Shown: positions 1 to 8,383 of the stretch, one piece after another
Layout: the number at the start of each line of letters is the position of its first letter
How positions within the stretch are numbered: the first letter of the stretch is position 1
DNA from: Promethearchaeota archaeon
Lineage (GTDB): Archaea; Asgardarchaeota; Hermodarchaeia; Hermodarchaeales; Hermodarchaeaceae
Length of the DNA: 32,000 bases
Direction: 5' to 3'
Assembly (NCBI GenBank): GCA_048938295.1
Contig: JBHLMI010000024.1
Span: forward strand, 11,725-43,724
Program-made: the position numbers and the translations under genes
Notes under the pieces: generated by a model
Database searches by the model: none
What the model saw: only the letters and a program-made list of their open reading frames with translations
What the model was told of the DNA's origin: nothing

Positions 1-1934
1 TGACAGATTTCTTCTCCCAGTTCGTCTTTGGTGGGAAGGAACTCGTGCATTGGTGGATCGATGAGTCGGACAATAACCGGATATCCGTCCATGGCGCGGA
101 AGATTCCTTCGAAATCTGCGCGTTGGAAGGGTAGCAACTTTTCTAGAAGCTTCTGTCGATCGTGGTCATCTTCGGCCATAATCATCTTGACTACTATTGG
201 TCGTCGTTCTTCTTCAAAGAACATGTGCTCGGTTCGACAAAGACCGATACCTTTGGCTCCAAAGGCCCGAGCACGGGTTGCATCTTTTGGATTGTCGGCG
301 TTGGTCCATACACCTAATTTTCGGATCTCGTCAGCCCATGAAAGCAGGGTTACGAGTTCACTTTCTTCGTCAAAGCTAGCTTCGATGGTTGCGATTTGTC
401 CCTGAAAGACAGCGCCGGTTGTGCCATCAATTGAGATATAGTCGCCTTCACGAACGACTATGTCACCAACTCGAAAACTGCGAGCATCCAAGTCAATGGT
501 GATAGTTTCACATCCAGCAACACAAGACTTGCCCCAACCACGTGCAACGACCGCTGCATGACTGGTCATTCCACCACGTTGAGTGAGAATTCCCTGCGAG
601 TTGATCATGCCGTGGACATCTTCGGGATTGGTTTCCGGGCGAACTAAAATCACTTTTTCCCCTTCTTGCCCACGTTTGGCAGCAGTATCTGCATCAAAAA
701 TTGCCATTCCGGTAGCTGCACCGGGAGAAGCGTTTAATCCCCAAGCTAGCAATCGCCCCTTGTTTTTAGCTTCTTCGACGGCTTTAGGATCAAAGCGGGG
801 GTGGAGAAATTGATCTATTGATGCCGGATTCACTCGAAGGATTGCGTCTTCTTTTTTGATTAGCCCTTCGTTGACCATATCCACTGCGATTTTCACCGCA
901 GCAAATGCGGTTCTCTTGCCAGTTCGCGTTTGGAGCATCCAAAGGGTTTCTCTTTCAATAGTGAACTCCATGTCCTGCATGTCACGATAATGGCGTTCCA
1001 GCCGGTCTGATATTTTCACAAATTCTTGCCAAACCTTGGGCATATCTTTCTCGAGGTTAGCGATAGGTTGTGGTGTTCGAATCCCTGCGACGACATCTTC
1101 TCCTTGTGCATTAAGTAAGTATTCACCCCAGACTGCCTTATCACCTGTGGCTGGATTTCGGGTGAATGCAACACCGGTACCGCTACGCTCACCCATATTG
1201 CCAAAAACCATCGTTTGAATGTTGACTGCTGTCCCCCAGTCGTGTGAGATACTTTCCGCATTTCGGTAAGAGGTCGCAGGGGCACCAAACCATGAATTGA
1301 AGACTGCGCCTATTGCCTCACGAATTTGTTCAAGCGGATCATCGGGAAACTTCTTTTTCATTTCAGCCTTGTATAGTGATTTGAAATCGTGGACTACCTC
1401 TTTGAGCATAGTAACGGTAAGATCTGTATCACGGCCACCAGCAGTTTTGGCTTTGTATTCGTCAAGGATTGCTTCGAACTTGTGGCGGTCGATTTCCTTA
1501 ACGATATTGCCAAACATCTGAATCAGGCGGCGATAGGCATCCCAAGCGACACGCTCGTTCCCTGTTAATCTCGCAAAGCCTTTCAAAACTTTGGGATTCA
1601 GCCCGATATTCAAGACGGTGTCCATCATGCCTGGCATGGAAACACGGGCACCAGACCGGGCTGAGACGAGGAGAGGATTACTGGGGTCGCCAAGGCGTTT
1701 TCCAGTGCTTTGCTCTAATGTTTTGATGGCTTCAAGCACCTGCTCCCACATCCTTTCAGGGAATTGCTTGTTATTTGCAAAGTAGGCGTTACAAGCCTCT
1801 GTAGTAATCGTAAACCCAGGAGGAACAGGGAGTTTGGCATTGGTCATCTCCGCTAGGTTTGCTCCTTTACCACCAAGGAGATCACGCATATCCTTGTTAC
1901 CTTCACTGAACAAATAGACCCATTTTTTCATCAT
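1..1934 (-). CDS. ppdK: Pyruvate, phosphate dikinase (C-terminal part runs off the window start)
   Basis: Not in the ORF track (no stop in window). Manual translation from ATG 1934/1931 gives MMKKWVYLFSEGNKDMRDLLGGKGANLAEMTNAKLPVPPGFTITTEAC. The phospho-His motif RGGMTSHAAVVARG (His codon 558-560) and GIGLCRTEHMF (~220-251) are in the same frame. A GGGGTG SD lies upstream. Confidence 0.97.
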   Translation of the reverse strand, partial: MMKKWVYLFSEGNKDMRDLLGGKGANLAEMTNAKLPVPPGFTITTEACNAYFANNKQFPERMWEQVLEAIKTLEQSTGKRLGDPSNPLLVSARSGARVSMPGMMDTVLNIGLNPKVLKGFARLTGNERVAWDAYRRLIQMFGNIVKEIDRHKFEAILDEYKAKTAGGRDTDLTVTMLKEVVHDFKSLYKAEMKKKFPDDPLEQIREAIGAVFNSWFGAPATSYRNAESISHDWGTAVNIQTMVFGNMGERSGTGVAFTRNPATGDKAVWGEYLLNAQGEDVVAGIRTPQPIANLEKDMPKVWQEFVKISDRLERHYRDMQDMEFTIERETLWMLQTRTGKRTAFAAVKIAVDMVNEGLIKKEDAILRVNPASIDQFLHPRFDPKAVEEAKNKGRLLAWGLNASPGAATGMAIFDADTAAKRGQEGEKVILVRPETNPEDVHGMINSQGILTQRGGMTSHAAVVARGWGKSCVAGCETITIDLDARSFRVGDIVVREGDYISIDGTTGAVFQGQIATIEASFDEESELVTLLSWADEIRKLGVWTNADNPKDATRARAFGAKGIGLCRTEHMFFEEERRPIVVKMIMAEDDHDRQKLLEKLLPFQRADFEGIFRAMDGYPVIVRLIDPPMHEFLPTKDELGEEIC

Positions 1935-2123
1935 CTGTTGACACCCCAAGTGAGTAATAAGTTCAGGTATAATGTAGCTTCAGATCATCAGCTCTAACTG
2001 CAAGCACGACCTGAGAGGCATCTAATAAACGTATTGATTTTTCTGGAGACGGCTCTTTATGGAAGGTTATTATCTTAAATGGAAGCTGTATACTAACTTC
2101 GGACAGAGAGCAACCTTCTCTGG

Positions 2124-3491
2124 ATGTGTGATTGGATGCTATCCTATCCACGACGAATTTCGTATGGTATCGGACGGACTGGTTCGTCTCTGTTGTTGAC
2201 CTTTGTGGATTTTGCTGGATTGAACATCTATTATTCGTTCTTTCTACTCAATCCCCTGTATGCGGGAATTGCCAGTGCCTTTGGTTTCATTGTTATTGGG
2301 TTATCTCATTGGTATCTGGGATTCCGGAGCGATAGAACAGAAAGCCGTTTTGGACGGCGACGGCCGTACATTATCGTTGGTGCCCCAGCGCTAGCCATCA
2401 CAGGATTTCTCATATTCTTTCCGCATTGGATTATTCCCTCCTCACCAGATCCAATTAATGATCCGACCTGGCAAATCATGACCTTCGGATATTATTTACT
2501 CACGTTAGCCCTGTTCAAGTTTTTCTATGCATTCCTTCTCACTGCTTATCAAGCGTGGTTACCTGAAATTGCTGATCCCGATGAGCGACCAAATGTTGGG
2601 GCCATTCAAAACACGGCAAACTGGATTGGAACAGGGATCGGGATAGTAATAGGGTTTATTTCCGGGATTCTTTTCACTCCCATTAGTGGCATCCCGACAA
2701 CCATCGGGTTCATAGTTCTGATGGCAATATCATTATTATGTTTCTTGTTGTTTCTACCTGCTATCTTATTTGTTCGGTCTCGACCAGGTATTCAACCAAT
2801 TAACCGGTCAATGGTGGAGGAAACCAAGACAGCACTTAAGAACCCCAACTATGTGAAATGGATTTTGGTAGTTGGTTTCTGGTCCCTCACTTTGTCAACA
2901 ATCACATCAATCATTGTGCCAATGCTACAAAACGGATTAATGCTAGAATTTACTCAACTAATTCTCGCTGCAGGTGTGTTTCTCATTGCACTCATGATAA
3001 TACCCTTCCTTCTCGCTAGACTAGTGAAGAGATATGGGAAGAAACGTATTCTTATGGCAGCACTACTAATTTTAGCCCTGATATTACCACTGACCGCCAT
3101 TCTTGGACTGCCAATCCTTGGTCCTGTCACTCTCCAAGTCATCGCGTTTGGTATACCCCTAGGAAGCTGCGTTGCTGCCCTCTACCTCATGCGATATGTT
3201 GTAATCGCTGACATCGCACACAAGGATGAACTTGACAGTGGCCAGGCCCGAGCTGGCATGTACGAAGGATTTCAAGGGGTTCCCTTGAATGCCTTCCAAG
3301 CGTTTGGAGCAACGTTCCTTGGATGGTTTCTTCTAGTTCTGCAAGTAAGCCCAGGACCACCACCTATAAACTTCGGTTTCTTCTGGTGGGGACCAGTATT
3401 TGCCATCTTCCTTGTAATCGCAGCCGTGATTCTCCACTACACCAACATAGACCCCGATTTCTCGAACCTCGAGAAACCACTTGACCAATAA
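2124..3491 (+). CDS. MFS transporter, GPH/MFS_2 (glycoside-pentoside-hexuronide:cation symporter)-like
   Basis: About 12 hydrophobic segments; SDRTESRFGRRRPY loop motif; second-half LVKRYGKKR; IADIAHKDELDSGQARAGMYEG. Exact start uncertain (an alternative ATG lies a few codons later). Confidence 0.88.
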   Translation: MCDWMLSYPRRISYGIGRTGSSLLLTFVDFAGLNIYYSFFLLNPLYAGIASAFGFIVIGLSHWYLGFRSDRTESRFGRRRPYIIVGAPALAITGFLIFFPHWIIPSSPDPINDPTWQIMTFGYYLLTLALFKFFYAFLLTAYQAWLPEIADPDERPNVGAIQNTANWIGTGIGIVIGFISGILFTPISGIPTTIGFIVLMAISLLCFLLFLPAILFVRSRPGIQPINRSMVEETKTALKNPNYVKWILVVGFWSLTLSTITSIIVPMLQNGLMLEFTQLILAAGVFLIALMIIPFLLARLVKRYGKKRILMAALLILALILPLTAILGLPILGPVTLQVIAFGIPLGSCVAALYLMRYVVIADIAHKDELDSGQARAGMYEGFQGVPLNAFQAFGATFLGWFLLVLQVSPGPPPINFGFFWWGPVFAIFLVIAAVILHYTNIDPDFSNLEKPLDQ

Positions 3492-3511
3492 CTCACAAGG
3501 TGGCAGTGATA

Positions 3512-4189
3512 CTATGCCACCTCCTTTATTTTTTCCACGAGCTTGAGCAGGTTATAGGAATTTGTTTCTTGGATGGTTTTATCAAGCGTAGCAAGCTTCA
3601 TGAAAACCTCAATTGCCCCATCATCATCAATATCTAGCGCCGTCCCCATAGCATAGTAGATAATCGGATTCAACTCGTGCGCTTCTAATTCGCGTACATG
3701 CTTCTGAAGACTCCGCTCACCAAAACAAAATTGAAACCTGCGAGCATTGGCAAAGAAGAGCACGTTGGTTCCTATGCCTTTCCAATCTTTCGCAATAATC
3801 GGGCGATTCGAACGCAGACCAGACCAAATTAGATCATCAAGGACCTTTCCCGTTAGTAGCGGTAAATCTCCTAATATTATGATAGTATAGCTAGAACCTT
3901 GCTGGGTACAATGGTGAAGACACTCCATTAGTTCATCGTTCAGACCTTCGTTGGTGCTCTTATAGATTCTAAAGTTTGGGTTTGCAACCGTGGGAAGGAG
4001 GGTATCGTTATATGTTACGATAATTGACTTACTGATGAGGTGGGATGTATTGGTGGCATTCAGAACATCGAGTAGCATAGATTTAACAAGTTCCTGTCGC
4101 TGCCTGGCATCTAAGATGCTAGCTAGTCTTTGCTTAGTAGAAGGAAGAAATCGGATAGGAATTATGGCAACAATTTCTGATTCAGACAT
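3512..4189 (-). CDS. cofC: 2-phospho-L-lactate/PEP guanylyltransferase (coenzyme F420 biosynthesis)
   Basis: AIIPIR...KQRLASILD...R.ELVKSMLLDVL N-terminus, GLND, IILGDLPLL, GIGTNVL, FGERSLQKH and LDIDD motifs typical of CofC/FbiD. Confidence 0.88.
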   Translation of the reverse strand: MSESEIVAIIPIRFLPSTKQRLASILDARQRQELVKSMLLDVLNATNTSHLISKSIIVTYNDTLLPTVANPNFRIYKSTNEGLNDELMECLHHCTQQGSSYTIIILGDLPLLTGKVLDDLIWSGLRSNRPIIAKDWKGIGTNVLFFANARRFQFCFGERSLQKHVRELEAHELNPIIYYAMGTALDIDDDGAIEVFMKLATLDKTIQETNSYNLLKLVEKIKEVA

Positions 4190-4213
4190 CCCAACAGCCC
4201 TCAGTTAACTCAA

Positions 4214-4909
4214 TCATATGTAATATTCATAGGGATCGTATTCACTTCCGGGTTTAGACCGATTTCTCCAGATCCTAATGTGACGGTAGCTGTAGGCAAA
4301 GAGGAAACCCCCAAGAAATCCAAACACATGGGCTCCATGAGCGATACCTGTACTGAAAGCAAAGAACATCTGAATAACTTCAAGGATGAAGTAGATGATG
4401 ATTATATTCCAGGCACCAGCAGTCCGACCAGCATCCCCAGAGATGCCAATAGGACGGCGCGGAAGCAGATAAGCGTAGGCAGCCATTATTCCAAAGATTG
4501 CCCCAGAAGCGCCTATGGTCGGAATCGAAACGCCTCCTACACTAACAGCAGTACTAATGGTATACATTATTAGAGTGTGACCTAATCCTCCAATAATTCC
4601 TGAGAAGAGATAGAGCGTTAAGTAAGTGAATGGGTGCATTTCATGTTCTACGACTTGGCCGAAGATGAAAAGGAAGTACATATTGATTAACAGATGAAAG
4701 AAATCAGCGTGGAGGAATTGGCTTGTGATGAGTGTGTATAGTTTTTGACCCGCAACGATGTCTGAAGGAATCAGGGCAAATGAATACGTGATGGCGGGGT
4801 AGCCGAGTTGGACCTCGATACTAAATACGAGGATGAAGATGACGGTATTTAGGAGGATAAGGGTATATGTCATATAGGACCTTAGGGGTCTCGGGTAGTC
4901 ATAGGTCAC
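4214..4909 (-). CDS. Rhomboid family intramembrane serine protease
   Basis: LITSQFLHADFFHLLINM, catalytic GASG serine motif, and AHGAHVFGFLGG with the catalytic His; about 6 TM segments. Confidence 0.93.
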   Translation of the reverse strand: MTYDYPRPLRSYMTYTLILLNTVIFILVFSIEVQLGYPAITYSFALIPSDIVAGQKLYTLITSQFLHADFFHLLINMYFLFIFGQVVEHEMHPFTYLTLYLFSGIIGGLGHTLIMYTISTAVSVGGVSIPTIGASGAIFGIMAAYAYLLPRRPIGISGDAGRTAGAWNIIIIYFILEVIQMFFAFSTGIAHGAHVFGFLGGFLFAYSYRHIRIWRNRSKPGSEYDPYEYYI

Positions 4910-5041
4910 ACTGCTTCATCTCTTCGTTGATCGTTATGATCTAGTATTCTGGCTGACGAGGAAAAACCTATTATGTTTTATGTTTTGGTTATGGAAAGAC
5001 CAAATAGGAGTAAATGCTCTTCAGTATGGCTGTGAGACAAG

Positions 5042-5419
5042 ATGGCGCTTCGTGATTTCCTCTATCCCTATCTTGAAGTAATTCTCGTTCTTGCGCGAGC
5101 CTTAGATGTGGATGAAGCCCAGGCCGCGTTTGGTAGTCTCTCAGAGGAGTATCAGCAAGTGGCTGCCCGGATACGAATTGCACCACATGACGCGCAACGA
5201 TTGAACCTCAAGGAGGAAGATCACGTTTTGGTAAACTCTGATATAGGTAGTGTGGTAGTGGTTGCGGAGATCCAATCTGATCAACCTGCGGGTATGGTCG
5301 TAATGCATCCTGGACCCTGGGCATTTGCTCTCATCGAAGCAATGATTCCAAGTCAGGGCACGGAGGTCACCATTAAACCAAGCACAGAACCTGTTACACC
5401 CCTTGACCAATTACTCTAA
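5042..5419 (+). CDS. fwdD: FwdD-like molybdopterin-dinucleotide-binding domain protein (divergent)
   Basis: IAPHDAQRLNLKEEDHVLVNSDIGSVVV...PAGMVVMHPGPWAFALI resembles FwdD (MNPED..LG..EGD.V.V.S..G.VVV...P.G.I.IP.GPWAN). The usual N-terminal TGRT is replaced by LARA. Confidence 0.72.
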   Translation: MALRDFLYPYLEVILVLARALDVDEAQAAFGSLSEEYQQVAARIRIAPHDAQRLNLKEEDHVLVNSDIGSVVVVAEIQSDQPAGMVVMHPGPWAFALIEAMIPSQGTEVTIKPSTEPVTPLDQLL

Positions 5420-6864
5420 CGGGACCGATTTTTTGAAGTGGCTTTTTCACTAGCTTTTAAACTGGGTTTCATCTTTTTTTGCGCTTCGTCTTTAACGGCT
5501 GCACACAAAGGTTCGACGCGACCTCGCTCGAAAAGCAAACGTAGCCGCCAATTTCTCCGAATGATCTCTTGGAGTTTCTGAATTCGTGCCTGGGCTTGTG
5601 TTCGACTGATCTTGTCTTCAGACCACTTCTCTGATTTAGTTTGCACCGAAGTTCCGTGTTCTGTGGGAGCGATTTTTATAACACGTTCGTAGATATCATT
5701 TCGTGGGGTGCTTAGGCCTATAAGGTGGTCATAGAACCTGTGAGCTCGTGCTCGTTCCCAATCCCGAGCTTGTTCAATTTGTGATAACGTATAGCTGTCA
5801 CGGCTAACCTTGAGGACCTCTTCGGGGCAGGCGTTTTCACACGCTCCACAGAATACGCAGATAGCTTTGTTGATGGCAATTTTATCTTTATCGCCGGTCG
5901 GATAGATGGCTTTGGTGGGGCAGATGTTAAAACAATTCACGCATCCTGTTGGATCACATTTCTCTAGATTATGAATCTCGATATCACCAGTAAGTGGTAA
6001 GGAGACCTCCAAGGCGTCAAACGGACATTTCTCAGCGCATAGTGTGCAGTCGACGCAGAGCCCGTCATCGATGGTCATAGTTCCTTCGACTTCTGGATCC
6101 CTAATGATCCGGGGCGGTGCGCTTTCACAGGTAACCTTCACGGCATCAGAAGGACAAATCTTCTCGCATAGCCCACAATAATCGCATTGTGTTGTATCGA
6201 CTCGGATACCAACAGCAGGTGCGAAATCTGGAGGTTTTGGTTTTTCCTCCGACCAGTAAATAGTGATGCATTCTGGGCATAGCAATTCACACAATCCGCA
6301 CCATGTGCATTTGTCCTCATCGATGACAATGGTTCCTTTGGCATCTGGATTCCCCCCAGCCACTCGTCTAGCAGCTTTGGGATCCTTGTAACTCACCAGT
6401 TTGGTTTTGGGGGTAACCTTAAGGTCAACAGTGATTGCATCACGGGGACAGAGTTTGGCACATAAAACACATGGCGCACATTTCTCCTCATCGAGCTTAT
6501 GTTTCCCTTTCAGCCGTGAATATTGCCGATCAGCAGGGATATCATCAAATCGGGCCTCAATCGCATTGAATAGGCAGGCAGAATCGCATAAGCCACAGAA
6601 AGTGCATTTATCTTCATCAATCAGAATGAGAGGTGCCTCTTCAAGACGTCCTGCCGCAATTTCTTGCACCGGGCCCAAGGTGATAGCGTCCCAAGGGCAC
6701 GGTAAACAGAGACTACAGCCAACACATCGAGACAGGTCATATTTGAGGTTCTTGTTCAGCAGCGACGTCTTCCAGTTATAACGAATGTTAGTGTCATCTA
6801 AGACTTCACTGGTCACTTTGGGGCGTTCACCGACAATAATACGGTCTCGCTGCACTTTTGTCAT
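5416..6864 (-). CDS. fwdF: FwdF-like polyferredoxin, 8 x [4Fe-4S] motifs plus C-terminal helical extension
   Basis: Eight motifs counted: CVGCSLCLPCP, CTFCGLCDSAC, CAPCVLCAKLCP, CTWCGLCELLCP, CDYCGLCEKICP, CVDCTLCAEKCP, CDPTGCVNCFNICP, CVFCGACENACP. The stop codon overlaps that of the convergent fwdD-like gene. Confidence 0.82.
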   Translation of the reverse strand: MTKVQRDRIIVGERPKVTSEVLDDTNIRYNWKTSLLNKNLKYDLSRCVGCSLCLPCPWDAITLGPVQEIAAGRLEEAPLILIDEDKCTFCGLCDSACLFNAIEARFDDIPADRQYSRLKGKHKLDEEKCAPCVLCAKLCPRDAITVDLKVTPKTKLVSYKDPKAARRVAGGNPDAKGTIVIDEDKCTWCGLCELLCPECITIYWSEEKPKPPDFAPAVGIRVDTTQCDYCGLCEKICPSDAVKVTCESAPPRIIRDPEVEGTMTIDDGLCVDCTLCAEKCPFDALEVSLPLTGDIEIHNLEKCDPTGCVNCFNICPTKAIYPTGDKDKIAINKAICVFCGACENACPEEVLKVSRDSYTLSQIEQARDWERARAHRFYDHLIGLSTPRNDIYERVIKIAPTEHGTSVQTKSEKWSEDKISRTQAQARIQKLQEIIRRNWRLRLLFERGRVEPLCAAVKDEAQKKMKPSLKASEKATSKNRSR

Positions 6865-6932
6865 AGAACTGGTTCCTATAGAAACTGCTATACTAGCTTT
6901 TGGAATCTTCGCCTATAATGCTTGTTACCGTC

Positions 6933-8303
6933 CTAGGCATTATCCCGAATTCGATGTTTAATCTCTTTGCGGCTAGTAAGATAGATGCCCCCCATTACAG
7001 CAAGAACAATTAGGGCAAAAATCAAACCACTTGCAATAACTGGAATACCCAAACGATGAGGATCAACTGGAGATGGTGGTGCATCCGGAATCTGGGAAAG
7101 CCAGGTTGTTCCACTCAAAAATCCATAACTGGTGGTAGAACCGGCAAAAACCAAGTTACCACCACATTCTACTATCGATATTCCAACATCATTGCCTTCT
7201 CCTCCATACAGCTTCTGCCAAAGAATCTGACCATCATTATCAAAACGAACAACGATGATATCATGCCAGGGACTATTTTCCGTGTGAGATACCTCACCAA
7301 TCATCACATATCCACCATCACTACATGCTGTTATACAATGGGCAATATTATCAGTCTCCAAACCTAGCTGTTGAATCCATAGTACAGTGCCATCGGGAGC
7401 GGTATGAACAATATAGGAATCTAAACGACTATTGCCCATATCCTGCATCACCCCCGCTATTGTAAACTCGCCGGCACCTGTTACAATGATGCTATTTCCA
7501 CGACTATAAGCTGAATTCCCGAAAGTGCGTTCCCATTTGACTGCCCCATCAAATGCAGTATTGACGGCCCACATCCTAACCCCATTATCATCTAAACTCT
7601 CTGAAGATCCAACAAAGACTAGTCCCTGACCTGAATCTTCAATAACAGAATATAGATACTCATCTCCTAAACCTCCATATTCCCGATGCCAGTATAATGA
7701 ACCGTCCCTATCGAGCTTTATAACCAGCCCATCAACAGGATTGGTGGGTCGATAATGCCAAGCCCATCCACACACAATCAGATCACCAGACGGCAGTTCT
7801 GCAACAGCATAAGCTTCTTGGTGCTCAGTAAAGTTAAGGATTCGTTCCCAGAGGAGATAACCCAATTGATCGGTACGAAAAATAAGAACGTTTGAGAATT
7901 CATCATCTACCGCTCCAGCTACTACTAAATCACCATTATCGCATTCAATAACAGCTTGTCCCCAACCACGATGGTTAGGTGAGTAAGATCGTTCCCATTC
8001 AACTTCACCAAATAGGTCAATCTTTGCCATCCATGCATGCTCATCGCTGAGTCCAATTGCTGATTCTACGATGAAACCTGCAACGACAAACCCCCCAGTG
8101 CGACATTCGGTAATAGATCGGGGATGTCTTGCGGTCATATTGTCAAAAAATTGTACCCATTGAAAGTCAGTTTCGCGTTCCAAATTGTAGCTTAACTGAG
8201 ACTGTATAGCTGCTAATCCATTATTGGAGGTTGGAGTAAGGAATAAAGGAACATTAAACGAAACGAGGAGCAGACCAAGAAGCAGCGCGGTGACTTGTTG
8301 CAA
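6933..8303 (-). CDS. Single-pass membrane protein: signal peptide, 7-repeat beta-propeller ectodomain, C-terminal TM helix, short basic tail
   Basis: Seven repeats of the form (S/A)(I/V)xE..xGG(F/Y/L)VxxG...W.R.YGG; N-terminal hydrophobic stretch; TM IPVIASGLIFALIVLAVMGGIYL followed by TSRKEIKHRIRDNA. Confidence 0.8.
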   Translation of the reverse strand: MQQVTALLLGLLLVSFNVPLFLTPTSNNGLAAIQSQLSYNLERETDFQWVQFFDNMTARHPRSITECRTGGFVVAGFIVESAIGLSDEHAWMAKIDLFGEVEWERSYSPNHRGWGQAVIECDNGDLVVAGAVDDEFSNVLIFRTDQLGYLLWERILNFTEHQEAYAVAELPSGDLIVCGWAWHYRPTNPVDGLVIKLDRDGSLYWHREYGGLGDEYLYSVIEDSGQGLVFVGSSESLDDNGVRMWAVNTAFDGAVKWERTFGNSAYSRGNSIIVTGAGEFTIAGVMQDMGNSRLDSYIVHTAPDGTVLWIQQLGLETDNIAHCITACSDGGYVMIGEVSHTENSPWHDIIVVRFDNDGQILWQKLYGGEGNDVGISIVECGGNLVFAGSTTSYGFLSGTTWLSQIPDAPPSPVDPHRLGIPVIASGLIFALIVLAVMGGIYLTSRKEIKHRIRDNA

Positions 8304-8383
8304 CCGACCGATACCTCAGGAAAGGATTTGATGAATGTCTGTCTGCCGTTGATTAAAAATGGTTGTGTTATAAGGTTCTTTTT

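Noticed and set aside
28-1785. Plus-strand ORFs at 28-405, 583-813, 1036-1218, 1297-1521 and 1591-1785
   Set aside because: They are antisense shadows of the ppdK reading frame with no recognisable motifs. The same applies to most short ORFs nested in the large genes.
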